NCBI GenBank assembly: GCA_044229845.1
Contig: JBGASG010000001.1
Span: forward strand, 672,001 to 736,000
DNA length: 64,000 nt
Origin: Candidatus Obscuribacteraceae bacterium
Lineage (GTDB): Bacteria > Cyanobacteriota > Vampirovibrionia > Obscuribacterales > Obscuribacteraceae
Reading direction: 5' to 3'
In this document: in pieces, positions 19,580 to 28,738 of the stretch
Layout: each line of letters starts with the position of its first letter
Position numbering within the stretch: the first letter of the stretch is position 1
Position numbers and translations under genes: made by a program
The notes under the pieces: model-generated
The model's input: the letters and a program-made list of their open reading frames with translations, nothing else
The model's database searches: none
What the model was told of the DNA's origin: nothing

Positions 19580-21251
19580 TTCAACGCCGACTCCAGAACC
19601 TGTCGAGCAACCGTCGAGTGGGGAAAGTGCGCCGCCACAGCGCAATCCACTGCCCAACGTCGGTGATATCCTTTTCGTCTTGATGCTCTACTTGATGCTG
19701 TTCACTCTGCCCAATTTCCTTTTGGGTGACGGGTCGACCGGCTGGCATATCGTCACCGGCAACTGGATCATCGATAACCATCAGATACCGCGCACGGACA
19801 TCATGTCGTACACCTTTCCCGATAAGCCCTGGGTGGCGTACGAATGGTTGTTCGATGTGATTCTCGCCGGCTTCGAGCGCATTGGTGGGTTGCCACTTGT
19901 GGCGGTGGCAATCGCCACATGCATCGCCGGACTGTTCACCTTGCTCTATCAGAGTTGCCGCAAGGCTGGATGTTATTTTCTAACCGCCATGTGGTTGTGC
20001 CTGATCGGCTCCATAGTTTCTTCCATACACTGGCTCGCTCGCCCGCACATCGTCACCTTCTTCGGTCTCTATGTCTATGCGACGTTGCTGGAAGACTATT
20101 ATCGCGGCTTAGCATCGACCAGGAAACTCTTGCTCGTTCTCGGGCTGTTTATGATCTTCTGGGTCAACTGTCACCCGGCTTTTTTGGCAGGTTTTGTTCT
20201 AATTGGAATTTATTGGTTCTCAGCCCTGATTGTGCGTTTCGTCAATAGCAACCCGGAGAGCCGGGCTCGTTCGCAGAAGCAACTCAAAGATTTCTCGCTG
20301 GCGTTGGCTGTTGCGGTTGCCGCCAGTTTCGTCAATCCGTACGGCATCGAACTCTACAAGTATGTCTGGGAGTACTTGCATCAAGGTGTCGTCCTGGCGG
20401 CAAATACCGAGTTCATGTCGCCTACGTTTCACGGTGGTCTTCAGCCGACATGTCTGGAGTTTCTCTACTTCCTGCTCTGCCTGGGGCTGGCGACTTCAAC
20501 TAAAAAGCCGACGCTGCCTCAGTTTCTTGCCGTGCTGGCGTTTGCCCACCTGTCATTGTCGAGTGTTCGCAGCGGGCCTTTCTTCGTGATTGTTGCGCTG
20601 CCCTTCATTGGTGAACAACTGGGCAACAGCAGACTGAGAGACCTGGTGCCTGGAGTGTTCGAGCCGACGAACATCTTGGCCAAACTGAATGCCTTTTTGA
20701 AGCGCATTGGAGATACTTTTGACGAGCAAGAGTTTTCGTGCACCATGCACATCTTGCCTATCGTAGTGGTGCTGTTTCTCTCAGTGTCTTGTCTGAATGG
20801 CGGCAAGCTATTCGGTGTGCAGATCGTCAAATCTACTTTCGATGCCAAAACCAAGCCGTATGCCACTCTCGATTATCTCGAGAAAAACAAGATGTGGGAT
20901 CAACGCGGCGTCAACTACGACAACTGGGGCGGCTACTTGAGATACAAGACCGGACACCGCGTCTTTATCGACGATCGATCCGACTTTTATGGAGAGAAAT
21001 TCTATCTCGACTATGGTGCCATGTCTGTGCTGGAACCAGGCTGGCAGAACGTCCTCGACAAGTACAAGATCGATTGGGTGATCTATCCCAAGGGCGGCGC
21101 TCTAGCGGAAGGTCTGAAAGAAACAGGCAAATGGCGCGTAGCGGCCGAGGATCAAGCTTCGGAAGTGTTTGTTCGCGTAGTGCCTCTGGGCGCTGCGCCC
21201 GACAAGCAACAGGAACAGAAGCAGGAACAAGGGACACCCCCTCAGAAGTGA
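19569..21251 (+). CDS. Polytopic membrane protein, probable GT-C-fold glycosyltransferase
   Basis: About 10+ hydrophobic segments; D.STGWHIVTG.WI, W..YEWLFD, ARPH, W.N.H, NPYG, WGGYL, VFIDDRSDFYG. Overlaps the GT2 stop. ATG 19569 chosen over the ORF-track start 19413. Confidence 0.75.
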   Translation: MEASSTPTPEPVEQPSSGESAPPQRNPLPNVGDILFVLMLYLMLFTLPNFLLGDGSTGWHIVTGNWIIDNHQIPRTDIMSYTFPDKPWVAYEWLFDVILAGFERIGGLPLVAVAIATCIAGLFTLLYQSCRKAGCYFLTAMWLCLIGSIVSSIHWLARPHIVTFFGLYVYATLLEDYYRGLASTRKLLLVLGLFMIFWVNCHPAFLAGFVLIGIYWFSALIVRFVNSNPESRARSQKQLKDFSLALAVAVAASFVNPYGIELYKYVWEYLHQGVVLAANTEFMSPTFHGGLQPTCLEFLYFLLCLGLATSTKKPTLPQFLAVLAFAHLSLSSVRSGPFFVIVALPFIGEQLGNSRLRDLVPGVFEPTNILAKLNAFLKRIGDTFDEQEFSCTMHILPIVVVLFLSVSCLNGGKLFGVQIVKSTFDAKTKPYATLDYLEKNKMWDQRGVNYDNWGGYLRYKTGHRVFIDDRSDFYGEKFYLDYGAMSVLEPGWQNVLDKYKIDWVIYPKGGALAEGLKETGKWRVAAEDQASEVFVRVVPLGAAPDKQQEQKQEQGTPPQK

Positions 21252-21276
21252 CCCCTGCTCCAGGCGTGTGATGTTG

Positions 21277-22344
21277 TTACTGAACCGGTTGAATGCCAGG
21301 TTTATCGACAATCGGTCGATGATACTTCTGTTCCTTGAGCTTGATCATCTCCGACGCCGTGACCACAGGCGAGTTATCAGAGTACTTGTCGATCCAGCTG
21401 ACGACGGTATCTAATGTGGTATCGTCGAACTGACCTTCTTCAAGAACCAGGTGACTCGACTGTCCTTGCAGGACGAGTCCCTTCTTGTCTGTCTTCACTT
21501 TATTGAAGACTTTGATGATCGACTTCGGGCTGACCAGTCTGTCTTTGTAGCCCTGTACGATCAGAATCGGCGTGTGGTCGATCTGCGTCGCGGCTTTCTT
21601 GTTGCCCATTGCCAGTTTGCGGAACGCCATCAAATCGCGCACGCGCAGGCGGCGACGCTGCTTTGGATCATTCAGGAGTTTCTGTTTCACGTTTTCGCTT
21701 TCGGTAGCGTTTTCAATCACGAGCTTGCCGATATCGATTTGAGCATCGGCACCACCGACCAGTCCGGCTGCCACCATCTTCGCCACTGTCGGTAATGTGT
21801 ATCGCGAGTTGCCCGCCGGCACCGATGCGATGACGCCGTCCATCAGTTCAGGGTTCTTCGCTGCTACGTGCAGTGCGATTGAACCGCCCATCGATTCGCC
21901 CATGAGGAACACCGGCAGTCCTTTGTTTCTTTCCCGGATGACTTGCAGACCCTCTTTGATGTCTTCGAAGGTAAGGTCGAAATTGACCTTCGGGTCGGAC
22001 GCATACTGCCAGACGCCGAAACCGCGCACGTCAATCGCGTAGACAACGATGCCCAGTCGAGCCAGCTTGCGAGCCAACTTTCCATAAGTCTCCTTGTGGA
22101 ATCCGAGACCGTGCACGGCAAGTACCGTTGCCCAGGGTTTGACGCTCGGATCAGCCCATGTGCAGAAGGCTGCCTTGTTGGGTAGTTCAACATCAACAGG
22201 ATTGATTTCCTGAATCGCCACCGCCACAGGCGCCGGCGCATCCGTACCGACTATCGTTTCTTCTGCTTTGACGGACCCCACGTTACCGACCAAAAATGCT
22301 GCTGCTGCCGCTGCGCATAGCACTTGTTTCCTCATCTCGCTCAT
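21277..22344 (-). CDS. Exported alpha/beta hydrolase (lysophospholipase/monoacylglycerol lipase-like)
   Basis: Signal-peptide-like N-terminus, VHGLG, IDVRGFG, nucleophile elbow GESMGG, QG..D.LV, late His. Confidence 0.88.
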   Translation of the reverse strand: MSEMRKQVLCAAAAAAFLVGNVGSVKAEETIVGTDAPAPVAVAIQEINPVDVELPNKAAFCTWADPSVKPWATVLAVHGLGFHKETYGKLARKLARLGIVVYAIDVRGFGVWQYASDPKVNFDLTFEDIKEGLQVIRERNKGLPVFLMGESMGGSIALHVAAKNPELMDGVIASVPAGNSRYTLPTVAKMVAAGLVGGADAQIDIGKLVIENATESENVKQKLLNDPKQRRRLRVRDLMAFRKLAMGNKKAATQIDHTPILIVQGYKDRLVSPKSIIKVFNKVKTDKKGLVLQGQSSHLVLEEGQFDDTTLDTVVSWIDKYSDNSPVVTASEMIKLKEQKYHRPIVDKPGIQPVQ

Positions 22345-22490
22345 ATGCTTTCACTTACTCCCGTGGGGTGTTTTCGGAAGTCCTGACGCAAATGCAGCGG
22401 TTGAGGTTTCCACCTGGCAACAATAATTTTTGTTGTCGGCTATGGGGCTGATTGTGCTTTCTCCCTAAAGAGTTGTCCATGACGGTTACC

Positions 22491-23099
22491 TCACTGGATC
22501 TTGCCTGTCTTGGCTCCCGGCACCATCGATGTATAGCCAATACGTTTGCTCGCTGCTGTTTCCAGGTCAGATATGGAGGCGCCCGATTCGCTCGATTGCA
22601 CTTGCTCCATGTTGTTGTACAACACGTTGAATATTTGCTCCCCTCCGCTGCGAACGCAATCTTGAAAGAGTTCCGCTTTGGAGATAAATCCGTCTTTGTC
22701 CGAGTCGATATCGTTGAAGAGTAAGCTGACTCGGTATGCATCGCCGAAAACACTCTCTTGCACGTCTGAAACGCGATGTGCTTCATTGAGGATTTCGAGA
22801 TCACCGAATTCGACGACGTCCGGATCGCCTGCCGTGGAGGCAATGGACTAGTACTTGGAGTAAAGCGCGCGCACGGTGCTGGGCGGGTCTATTCTCATAA
22901 GCCGAAATGCCGCCAGCGTGTCTCCGGTTTCCTGGCGCGAAAGCGTGCCATCGTCATTGGTGTCAACTGCCGACGCGTGCCTGAGATCGTAAAGTTGAGG
23001 CGGGTACTGGTAAGGGAGCAGCTTCTGGGTGCACTTATCTTAATCCGAGACAGGCGGTGCGAATTCAGACGGAATAAGTAGATTGCGGGTCAGCCTCAC
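22491..23099 (-). pseudogene. Degenerate EF-hand protein remnant
   Basis: One frame carries two EF-hand loops (DTNDDGTLSRQE, DSDKDGFISKAE) interrupted by in-frame TAG (22848-22850) and TAA (23040-23042). Confidence 0.65.
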
Positions 23100-23733
23100 C
23101 GAGATCCCACGGCGCAAGTTTCATTTCCCAGAAGCCGTCCAGGCGGCCGCAGGCGACGAACGAGAGATCCAGAGCCGCCGATGCATCCCGGCGCACGCCG
23201 TGAGAAGCGTCGGTTACGCGGACGAACTGCTCGAAGTTGTTATATTTGGCGTTCTGGCTGTCTGGAGGAAACCCGGTCGCCAACAGCGATACAGCCAGCG
23301 ATTTGCTTTGAGAAACCTTGATCTGTTTTTCGTTCAGATAAGCTCCCTTGCCCCGCTCCGCCCAAAACACTTCATCGGAGATCGGATTGTAGACCACGCC
23401 GAAACGCGCCTGACCTTCGACTTCAAAGCCGATGGAAACGCTGAAGAATGGATAGCTGTGGGCGAAATTGGTGGTTCCATCGAGCGGATCTATAAGCCAG
23501 CGCCGCTTTGCGTCCTTGCTCTCCAGTAAGCCGCTCTCCTCAGCCAGGATGTAGTCGTCCGGAAAAGCTTCGCGAATAATCGAGATGACGAGCGCTTCCG
23601 AGGCTTTGTCGACGTCGGTGACCACGTTGAAGGCGCTTTTGTAGTCGATGTTCTTGATGTTGCCGACACCCTTGCGCAGTACTTCGCCAGCCTCCTGGGC
23701 GGCGCGCAACGCGACTTCCTTGACTTTCTCCAC
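23065..23733 (-). pseudogene. suhB: Inositol monophosphatase family (SuhB), 3'-truncated
   Basis: VTDVD, ILAEE, WLIDPLDGTTNFAH, SAALDLSFVACGRLDGFWE. Ends at PWDLG plus 10 unrelated residues, lacking the AAG..I..EAGG segment. GTG start with AAGGAG SD. Confidence 0.75.
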
Positions 23734-23812
23734 TGCGGTCTCCTTTTCTTTCGGCCCGGCTATTGTAGCTAAGAGGGGCAATAACAATCGTTTACCAAGC
23801 GCTGCTGCCCGA

Positions 23813-23841
23813 TTGACGGGTCTTGGCCTTGAAAGTAGTGT
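23813..23841 (+). promoter_or_regulatory. Putative sigma70-type promoter for the ileS leader: TTGACG-17 bp-TAGTGT
   Basis: Near-consensus -35, TAnnnT -10 and canonical spacing, ~30 nt before the leader ORF. Confidence 0.5.
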
Positions 23842-23871
23842 TAACCTATTAAAGTGAGCGTCCCCTCTCCG

Positions 23872-23976
23872 ATGAAAACCGTGTCACCAGCAACCCAACC
23901 GAAAGTCCCAAATGTGGGCGCCTCTGGCGCTTTCAGTTTGTTGCTGGGTTCTCAGATAATCATTATTGGCGGCTAA
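23872..23976 (+). CDS. Putative ileS attenuator leader peptide MKTVSPATQPKVPNVGASGAFSLLLGSQIIIIGG
   Basis: Four consecutive Ile codons ATA ATC ATT ATT (23956-23967), two codons before TAA. No clear SD; alternative in-frame GTG/TTG starts exist. Confidence 0.72.
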   Translation: MKTVSPATQPKVPNVGASGAFSLLLGSQIIIIGG

Positions 23977-23979
23977 TCG

Positions 23980-24038
23980 GCTGGGGCAGCAAGGTTTTTC
24001 CTGCACCAGCGCCTCAGGTCGCTGGTTTTTTGTTTTTT
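23980..24038 (+). terminator. Attenuator: antiterminator overlapping an intrinsic terminator upstream of ileS
   Basis: Terminator ACCAGCG (24005-24011)/CGCTGGT (24020-24026) plus T tract; antiterminator GCTGGGGCAG (23980-23989) pairs with CTGCACCAGC (24001-24010), 9 of 10. Confidence 0.78.
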
Positions 24039-24061
24039 AGAGCACATGTGGAGTTACCGTA

Positions 24062-26893
24062 ATGAGTGAGAAGCAGTACAGCGTCAATTTGCCGCAGACA
24101 GGCTTTCCAATGAAGGCCAACAGCGCGGTGCGCGAAGTGGAACTGCAAAAGATGTGGGATCACGAGCGCGTCTACGAGAAAGCGCTGGATAACCGCAAAA
24201 AGGGCGACAAGTTCGTGTTGCACGACGGTCCGCCTTACCTGAGCTCGGCGAAGATCCACATCGGCACGGCGCTCAACAAAATATTGAAGGACATCGTCAC
24301 CAAGTACAAGGCCGTCAAGGGCTTTTACGCTCCTTATGTGCCCGGCTATGACAGCCACGGGCTGCCGATCGAAACCGCCGTCTTGAAGGATGTGAAAGGC
24401 GGTCGCCATGCTTTGACTCCGGTCGAACTGCGTAAGCGCTGTCGTGAGTTTGCGCTCAGCAATTTGAAAGGACAGGAAGCCAACTTTAAACGCCTTGGTG
24501 TCTGGGGAGATTGGGAGCACCCGTACATCACGCTCGACCAAAAGTTCGAGGCGACTCAAATCCGTGTGTTCGGCAAAATGGCAGAGCGTGGGTATCTCTA
24601 CAAAGGATTGAAGTCTGTTCAGTGGTGCCCGACCTGCGAAACAGCATTGGCTGAAGCCGAAGTCGAGTACGCAGACCACGTGTCTGATTCGATCTACGTC
24701 AAGTTTTCGGTCGCCGATGACTCGCGGGATAAGCTGCCGCCGGAGGTGAAAAACGAAAAGGATGTGTCGTTCGTGATCTGGACGACTACTCCGTGGACAC
24801 TGCCGGCTAATCTAGGCGTGGCATTGCATCCTGATTTTGTCTACGAGTTTTTGAAAGCTCCGACCGGCGAAGTCGTGGTGGTGACTGAGGCTTTGAAAGA
24901 AGCCTTCCTCAAGGAAGTCGGTTGGGATGCCGCGCAGACAAAGGTTCTTGCCACTCGCAAAGGCAAAGAACTCGAACTTATGAACACACGGCATCCATTT
25001 ATAGACCGCAACAGCCTGGTCATGGTTGGTGAACACGTAACCGCCGAGACCGGTACCGGTGTTGTGCACACCGCTCCCGGCCACGGTCCTGAGGACTTTG
25101 AGTTGGGCGCGAAGTACAAGGTCGGCGTTCTCAATCCGCTCGATGGACGTGGTGTCTTCACCGAAGAAGGCGGCAAGTTCCAGGGGTTGCGGTACGACAA
25201 GGCCAACCCGGAAGTTGTGGCGCACTTGAAAGAACTAGGAAAGCTGCTCAAGCACTCAACCTACTCGCACAGCTATCCGCACTGCTGGCGGTGCAAGAAA
25301 CCGCTCGTCTTTCGCGCGACGGAACAATGGTTTGCGTCGGTCGACGGATTTAGAGATAATGCGTTGCGCGCAATCGATGCTGTGCAATGGTTGCCGGCGT
25401 CTGGTCGCAACCGCATATTCGCCATGGTCGAAAATCGCTCCGACTGGTGCATCAGCCGCCAGCGCGCCTGGGGCGTACCGATACCGGTGTTCTACTGCAA
25501 TCAGTGCAATAAACCGGTCTACACGCCGGAGACGGTCGAACGCATCGCCTCAGTCTTCGAAAAAGAAGGCTCCGACAGTTGGTGGGAGCGCGAACCCGAG
25601 CACTTCCTCGGCAAAGGATTCAAGTGTCCGCACGATGGCGGCACCGAATTCACGCGCGAGACGGACATCATGGATGTCTGGTTCGACTCGGGAACCACGT
25701 GGGCATCCGTCATCGACGGACGTCCGGAGTTGCTCGGCTCTCCCTGCGAGATGTATCTCGAAGGCAGCGACCAGCACCGCGGATGGTTCCAGTCATCCCT
25801 TCTGACCAGCGTCGCCGTACATGAGCGGGCACCATACAAGACCGTGCTCACGCATGGTTTCGTCGTGGATGAAACCGGACGCAAGATGTCCAAATCAATG
25901 GGCAATGTCGTCGAGCCTGATGAAGTGATCAAGCAGTACGGCGCCGATGTACTGCGTCTCTGGGTGGCTTCTGTCAACTACACCGATGACATACCGATCG
26001 GCAAAAACATGCTGGCTCAGCTGGCCGAGGTATATCGCAAATTACGCAACACTGCACGCTATCTTCTGGGTAACCTGCACGACTTCGACCATGCAACCGA
26101 TGCGGTCCCTTTGGAGAAACTGAAAGGGCTGGACGCGTACATATTGCATCGCCTGCAAGAGGTCGTGAAAGAAGTCACTGAAGACTTCGACCGCTACGAG
26201 TTCTTCAAGTACTACCAGCTGTTACAAAACTTCTGCGTAGTCGATCTGTCCAGCTTTTACTTCGACATCGTCAAAGACAGACTCTACACCTCAGGCAAGA
26301 AAGACGAGAACCGTCGCGCTGTCCAAACAGTATTGAACGAGATACTGCAAGTGTTGGTGCGTCTGCTGGTGCCGGTAACGCCACACCTTGCGGAAGACAT
26401 CTGGCAGCACATACCGTCGCAATTGCGCGGCGTGGAAGCGAGCGTGCTTCTCACAGATTTTCCGAAACCACGAGCGGATCTGATGACTCAAGATCCAGTC
26501 TTCTGGGATGAGTTGATCAAGGTGCGTTTCGTCGTCAACAAAGCGCTGGAGCAAGCCCGCGCCAGCCGGAAGATCGGCAGTTCGCTGGAAGCTCAGGTCA
26601 AACTGAAAGTCGACCAGCCCGATCTGGCGACCAAAGTTTCGTCGCTGGGCGCTGAGTTGCCCGGATTCTTCATCACTTCGCAAGTAGAAGTGTTGCCGGA
26701 GAAGGAACAGCTGCATACCGAAAATGGGCACCTTTCGCACGTCAGCGAAGGCGGTGTCAGTGTACTTGTGCTGCCGGCGACGGGAGCCAAGTGCGCACGG
26801 TGCTGGAAGTTCTCCGACAAGGTCGGCGACGACAAATCCTTCGCCGATCTCTGCGATGTCTGCGCAGCCGTAGTCGGTGCTGAGAAAAAGTAG
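24062..26893 (+). CDS. ileS: Isoleucine--tRNA ligase (type 1)
   Basis: LHDGPPY, HIGT (HIGH variant), WTTTPWTLPAN, GTGVVHTAPGHG, DWCISRQR, EGSDQHRGWF, KMSKS, C-terminal CARC...CDVC zinc finger. Confidence 0.99.
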   Translation: MSEKQYSVNLPQTGFPMKANSAVREVELQKMWDHERVYEKALDNRKKGDKFVLHDGPPYLSSAKIHIGTALNKILKDIVTKYKAVKGFYAPYVPGYDSHGLPIETAVLKDVKGGRHALTPVELRKRCREFALSNLKGQEANFKRLGVWGDWEHPYITLDQKFEATQIRVFGKMAERGYLYKGLKSVQWCPTCETALAEAEVEYADHVSDSIYVKFSVADDSRDKLPPEVKNEKDVSFVIWTTTPWTLPANLGVALHPDFVYEFLKAPTGEVVVVTEALKEAFLKEVGWDAAQTKVLATRKGKELELMNTRHPFIDRNSLVMVGEHVTAETGTGVVHTAPGHGPEDFELGAKYKVGVLNPLDGRGVFTEEGGKFQGLRYDKANPEVVAHLKELGKLLKHSTYSHSYPHCWRCKKPLVFRATEQWFASVDGFRDNALRAIDAVQWLPASGRNRIFAMVENRSDWCISRQRAWGVPIPVFYCNQCNKPVYTPETVERIASVFEKEGSDSWWEREPEHFLGKGFKCPHDGGTEFTRETDIMDVWFDSGTTWASVIDGRPELLGSPCEMYLEGSDQHRGWFQSSLLTSVAVHERAPYKTVLTHGFVVDETGRKMSKSMGNVVEPDEVIKQYGADVLRLWVASVNYTDDIPIGKNMLAQLAEVYRKLRNTARYLLGNLHDFDHATDAVPLEKLKGLDAYILHRLQEVVKEVTEDFDRYEFFKYYQLLQNFCVVDLSSFYFDIVKDRLYTSGKKDENRRAVQTVLNEILQVLVRLLVPVTPHLAEDIWQHIPSQLRGVEASVLLTDFPKPRADLMTQDPVFWDELIKVRFVVNKALEQARASRKIGSSLEAQVKLKVDQPDLATKVSSLGAELPGFFITSQVEVLPEKEQLHTENGHLSHVSEGGVSVLVLPATGAKCARCWKFSDKVGDDKSFADLCDVCAAVVGAEKK

Positions 26894-26917
26894 CGCAGCG
26901 AGAAACAAGGAGTCAAA

Positions 26918-27184
26918 ATGAGTCCAGAGCAGATGGCCGGGCGGGTTTGGATATACGCCGTTGCTGCACTGGTGCTAGTACTTACTGCACTTCTCTTGCC
27001 CGATCTGATTGCCAAAGTGCGCAAGGTGGAGCTGACGAAGCCGGCGGATCACCCGTTATTCCGCAATGGTGGAGTCATTGAGGTGGTGGTGATGCTGATC
27101 TTGTTTCCATCCCGCCTGGTTGAGGCATGTTCGAAGACTCCGGCAATTAAAGCGAAATCCGACGAAGAACAGAAACTTGAATAG
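26918..27184 (+). CDS. Small membrane protein
   Basis: AGGAG SD and hydrophobic segments. Confidence 0.6.
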   Translation: MSPEQMAGRVWIYAVAALVLVLTALLLPDLIAKVRKVELTKPADHPLFRNGGVIEVVVMLILFPSRLVEACSKTPAIKAKSDEEQKLE

Positions 27185-27198
27185 CACGTGGTCGTAAT

Positions 27199-28119
27199 CT
27201 ACTGATTTAAGACCACGGCTGTGTTTTCCCAGTCGGCCCAGGAAGCCCGACGCATGTGCGGAGGGCTGTCGGCGAGAGTGGGGTCACCGGAGCCGATGGT
27301 GTCTCTGATGCGGTTTCCGCTGTGGATGCGAATGGTGTAGTTGTTAGGTCCGCCGGGGATCCACTCGCGAGTGCCTTGCCCGTCCTTCAGCGGCTCCACC
27401 ATGCGTCCATCCGGGTACTTCGTAAACCAGCCGCCGTCTGCGTAAGTTCGCTTGATGCCACCGTCCGGGGTGGGTGTCTCGTCATAATTGTCATTCGGAG
27501 TCGGTCCCCACACGTGTCGGCTGCCGTCTGGCTTCACGACGAAGCCTTTGTCGTCATCGCCCAACATGGATACTTCACGGACCGTGCCATCCGGCCAGGT
27601 TGTTACGGTGCGAAGTGTCTCCCAGTTGATTCGCTCGATGCCACCATCGGCGGTGGTTTCGTAGTTGTCGGCCGGGGTCGGACCCCAATGTTTTCCAGAC
27701 CCGTCGGAACTGACCACGAATCCCCGCCCATCCGGGTATTCCACGCGGACGGTATTGTCCGGCCAAACGGTTTTCAGACCTCCCTTTTCCCAGTACTGGG
27801 TGCCGCCATCCTCGGTCTGCCAGCAAACGCCCTCCGGCGGTTTGCCGGTGGCGGTAGGTGCTTTCGTGGTGTCGGCTGCGGATCCGTCCTTGCCGCCGCC
27901 GACCTGGGCTTGCAAGTCTATTTCCACGGCCCCGGGAAAGCCGCCGGGCAGATCTGCAGCTGCTCTCATCAGCAACGCACTATTGGATCTGGAACTCAAA
28001 TCGGTCGCCAGCGCCAGCTCTGTAGTGCCGGCGTTGCCGCCGACCGGCAGTTCGCCAACTATTATCTCCGGTGTCGGTCCAGACACCTTCTTGAAAGTAG
28101 CTTCGGGTTCGGGGCTCAT
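27199..28119 (-). CDS. Hypothetical protein with [WY]PDG beta-hairpin repeats
   Basis: Repeated WPDN/YPDG/WPDG/YADG and duplicated GFVV..DGS...WGPTP.DNY...DGGI.R. Confidence 0.75.
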   Translation of the reverse strand: MSPEPEATFKKVSGPTPEIIVGELPVGGNAGTTELALATDLSSRSNSALLMRAAADLPGGFPGAVEIDLQAQVGGGKDGSAADTTKAPTATGKPPEGVCWQTEDGGTQYWEKGGLKTVWPDNTVRVEYPDGRGFVVSSDGSGKHWGPTPADNYETTADGGIERINWETLRTVTTWPDGTVREVSMLGDDDKGFVVKPDGSRHVWGPTPNDNYDETPTPDGGIKRTYADGGWFTKYPDGRMVEPLKDGQGTREWIPGGPNNYTIRIHSGNRIRDTIGSGDPTLADSPPHMRRASWADWENTAVVLNQ

Positions 28120-28261
28120 GCGGGAAGAGTCCTATCTCGGTGGTAATGAGGCGGGGTGGTGGACCGGTCGGGTGTACTTGAGTGGGGTTTTTGGGTGGAC
28201 TTGATTGTTTTGGATGGCGAGTCGGTAACCTACCGCTCTACGGGCACATGCCCCGTCTTTG

Positions 28262-28717
28262 TCACGCACTGCCGGTCGACATCGTCGAAACCGGCGGAAT
28301 CACTGCTGATGGTTTGTAGATGGGTGGTGCGCCGGACCGGTATGCAAAGCAGTTGCCTTGTCCCTCGTAGGCGCGATGCGCGCTCCAGCGGTCGATATTG
28401 CTCAAGGCGACCCAGGCGTTGTACTGCATCCGCTTGTCGGAGCTGTGGTTGTATACCCACATGTATTCGGTTTGAGCCATTTTGATCTGGGTGAGTGCCT
28501 GGTAACACAGTCCCATGTAATAGTGCGCCCGGGCATCTTTCGGGTTCTTTTTCACGAGAGCCTGGAACTTCGTCAGAGCCTTGCCGTACTGGCGCTGGTT
28601 GTATAGGTTGATGGGGTCTTCGGCATTGGTCAGATTGCCCGCGCCGACGGGCTGCCCCAGTCCCGCCAGGGAGACCAGCAGCATCAATGTCGCAATGCCG
28701 TGACTGATTAGTCGCAT
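28262..28717 (-). CDS. Small exported TPR protein
   Basis: Signal peptide; NPKDARAHYYMGLCY TPR. Confidence 0.8.
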   Translation of the reverse strand: MRLISHGIATLMLLVSLAGLGQPVGAGNLTNAEDPINLYNQRQYGKALTKFQALVKKNPKDARAHYYMGLCYQALTQIKMAQTEYMWVYNHSSDKRMQYNAWVALSNIDRWSAHRAYEGQGNCFAYRSGAPPIYKPSAVIPPVSTMSTGSA

Positions 28718-28738
28718 CTGCTTGATATCTTACACCAG

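Noticed and set aside
22848..22850. Programmed TAG readthrough or pyrrolysine in the EF-hand frame
   Set aside because: A second in-frame TAA and the adjacent suhB breakage indicate decay; TAG is used as a normal stop elsewhere (e.g. ileS).
23790..24061. T-box riboswitch upstream of ileS
   Set aside because: No GGTGGNACC(G/A)CG T-box motif; the Ile-run leader with overlapping hairpins explains the region better.
24257..24268. HIGT instead of HIGH in IleRS as a sign of inactivity
   Set aside because: Variation at this position is known in IleRS and all other motifs are intact.
27256..28146. 296-aa plus-strand ORF overlapping the PDG-repeat gene
   Set aside because: The repeat structure is coherent only in the minus-strand frame.
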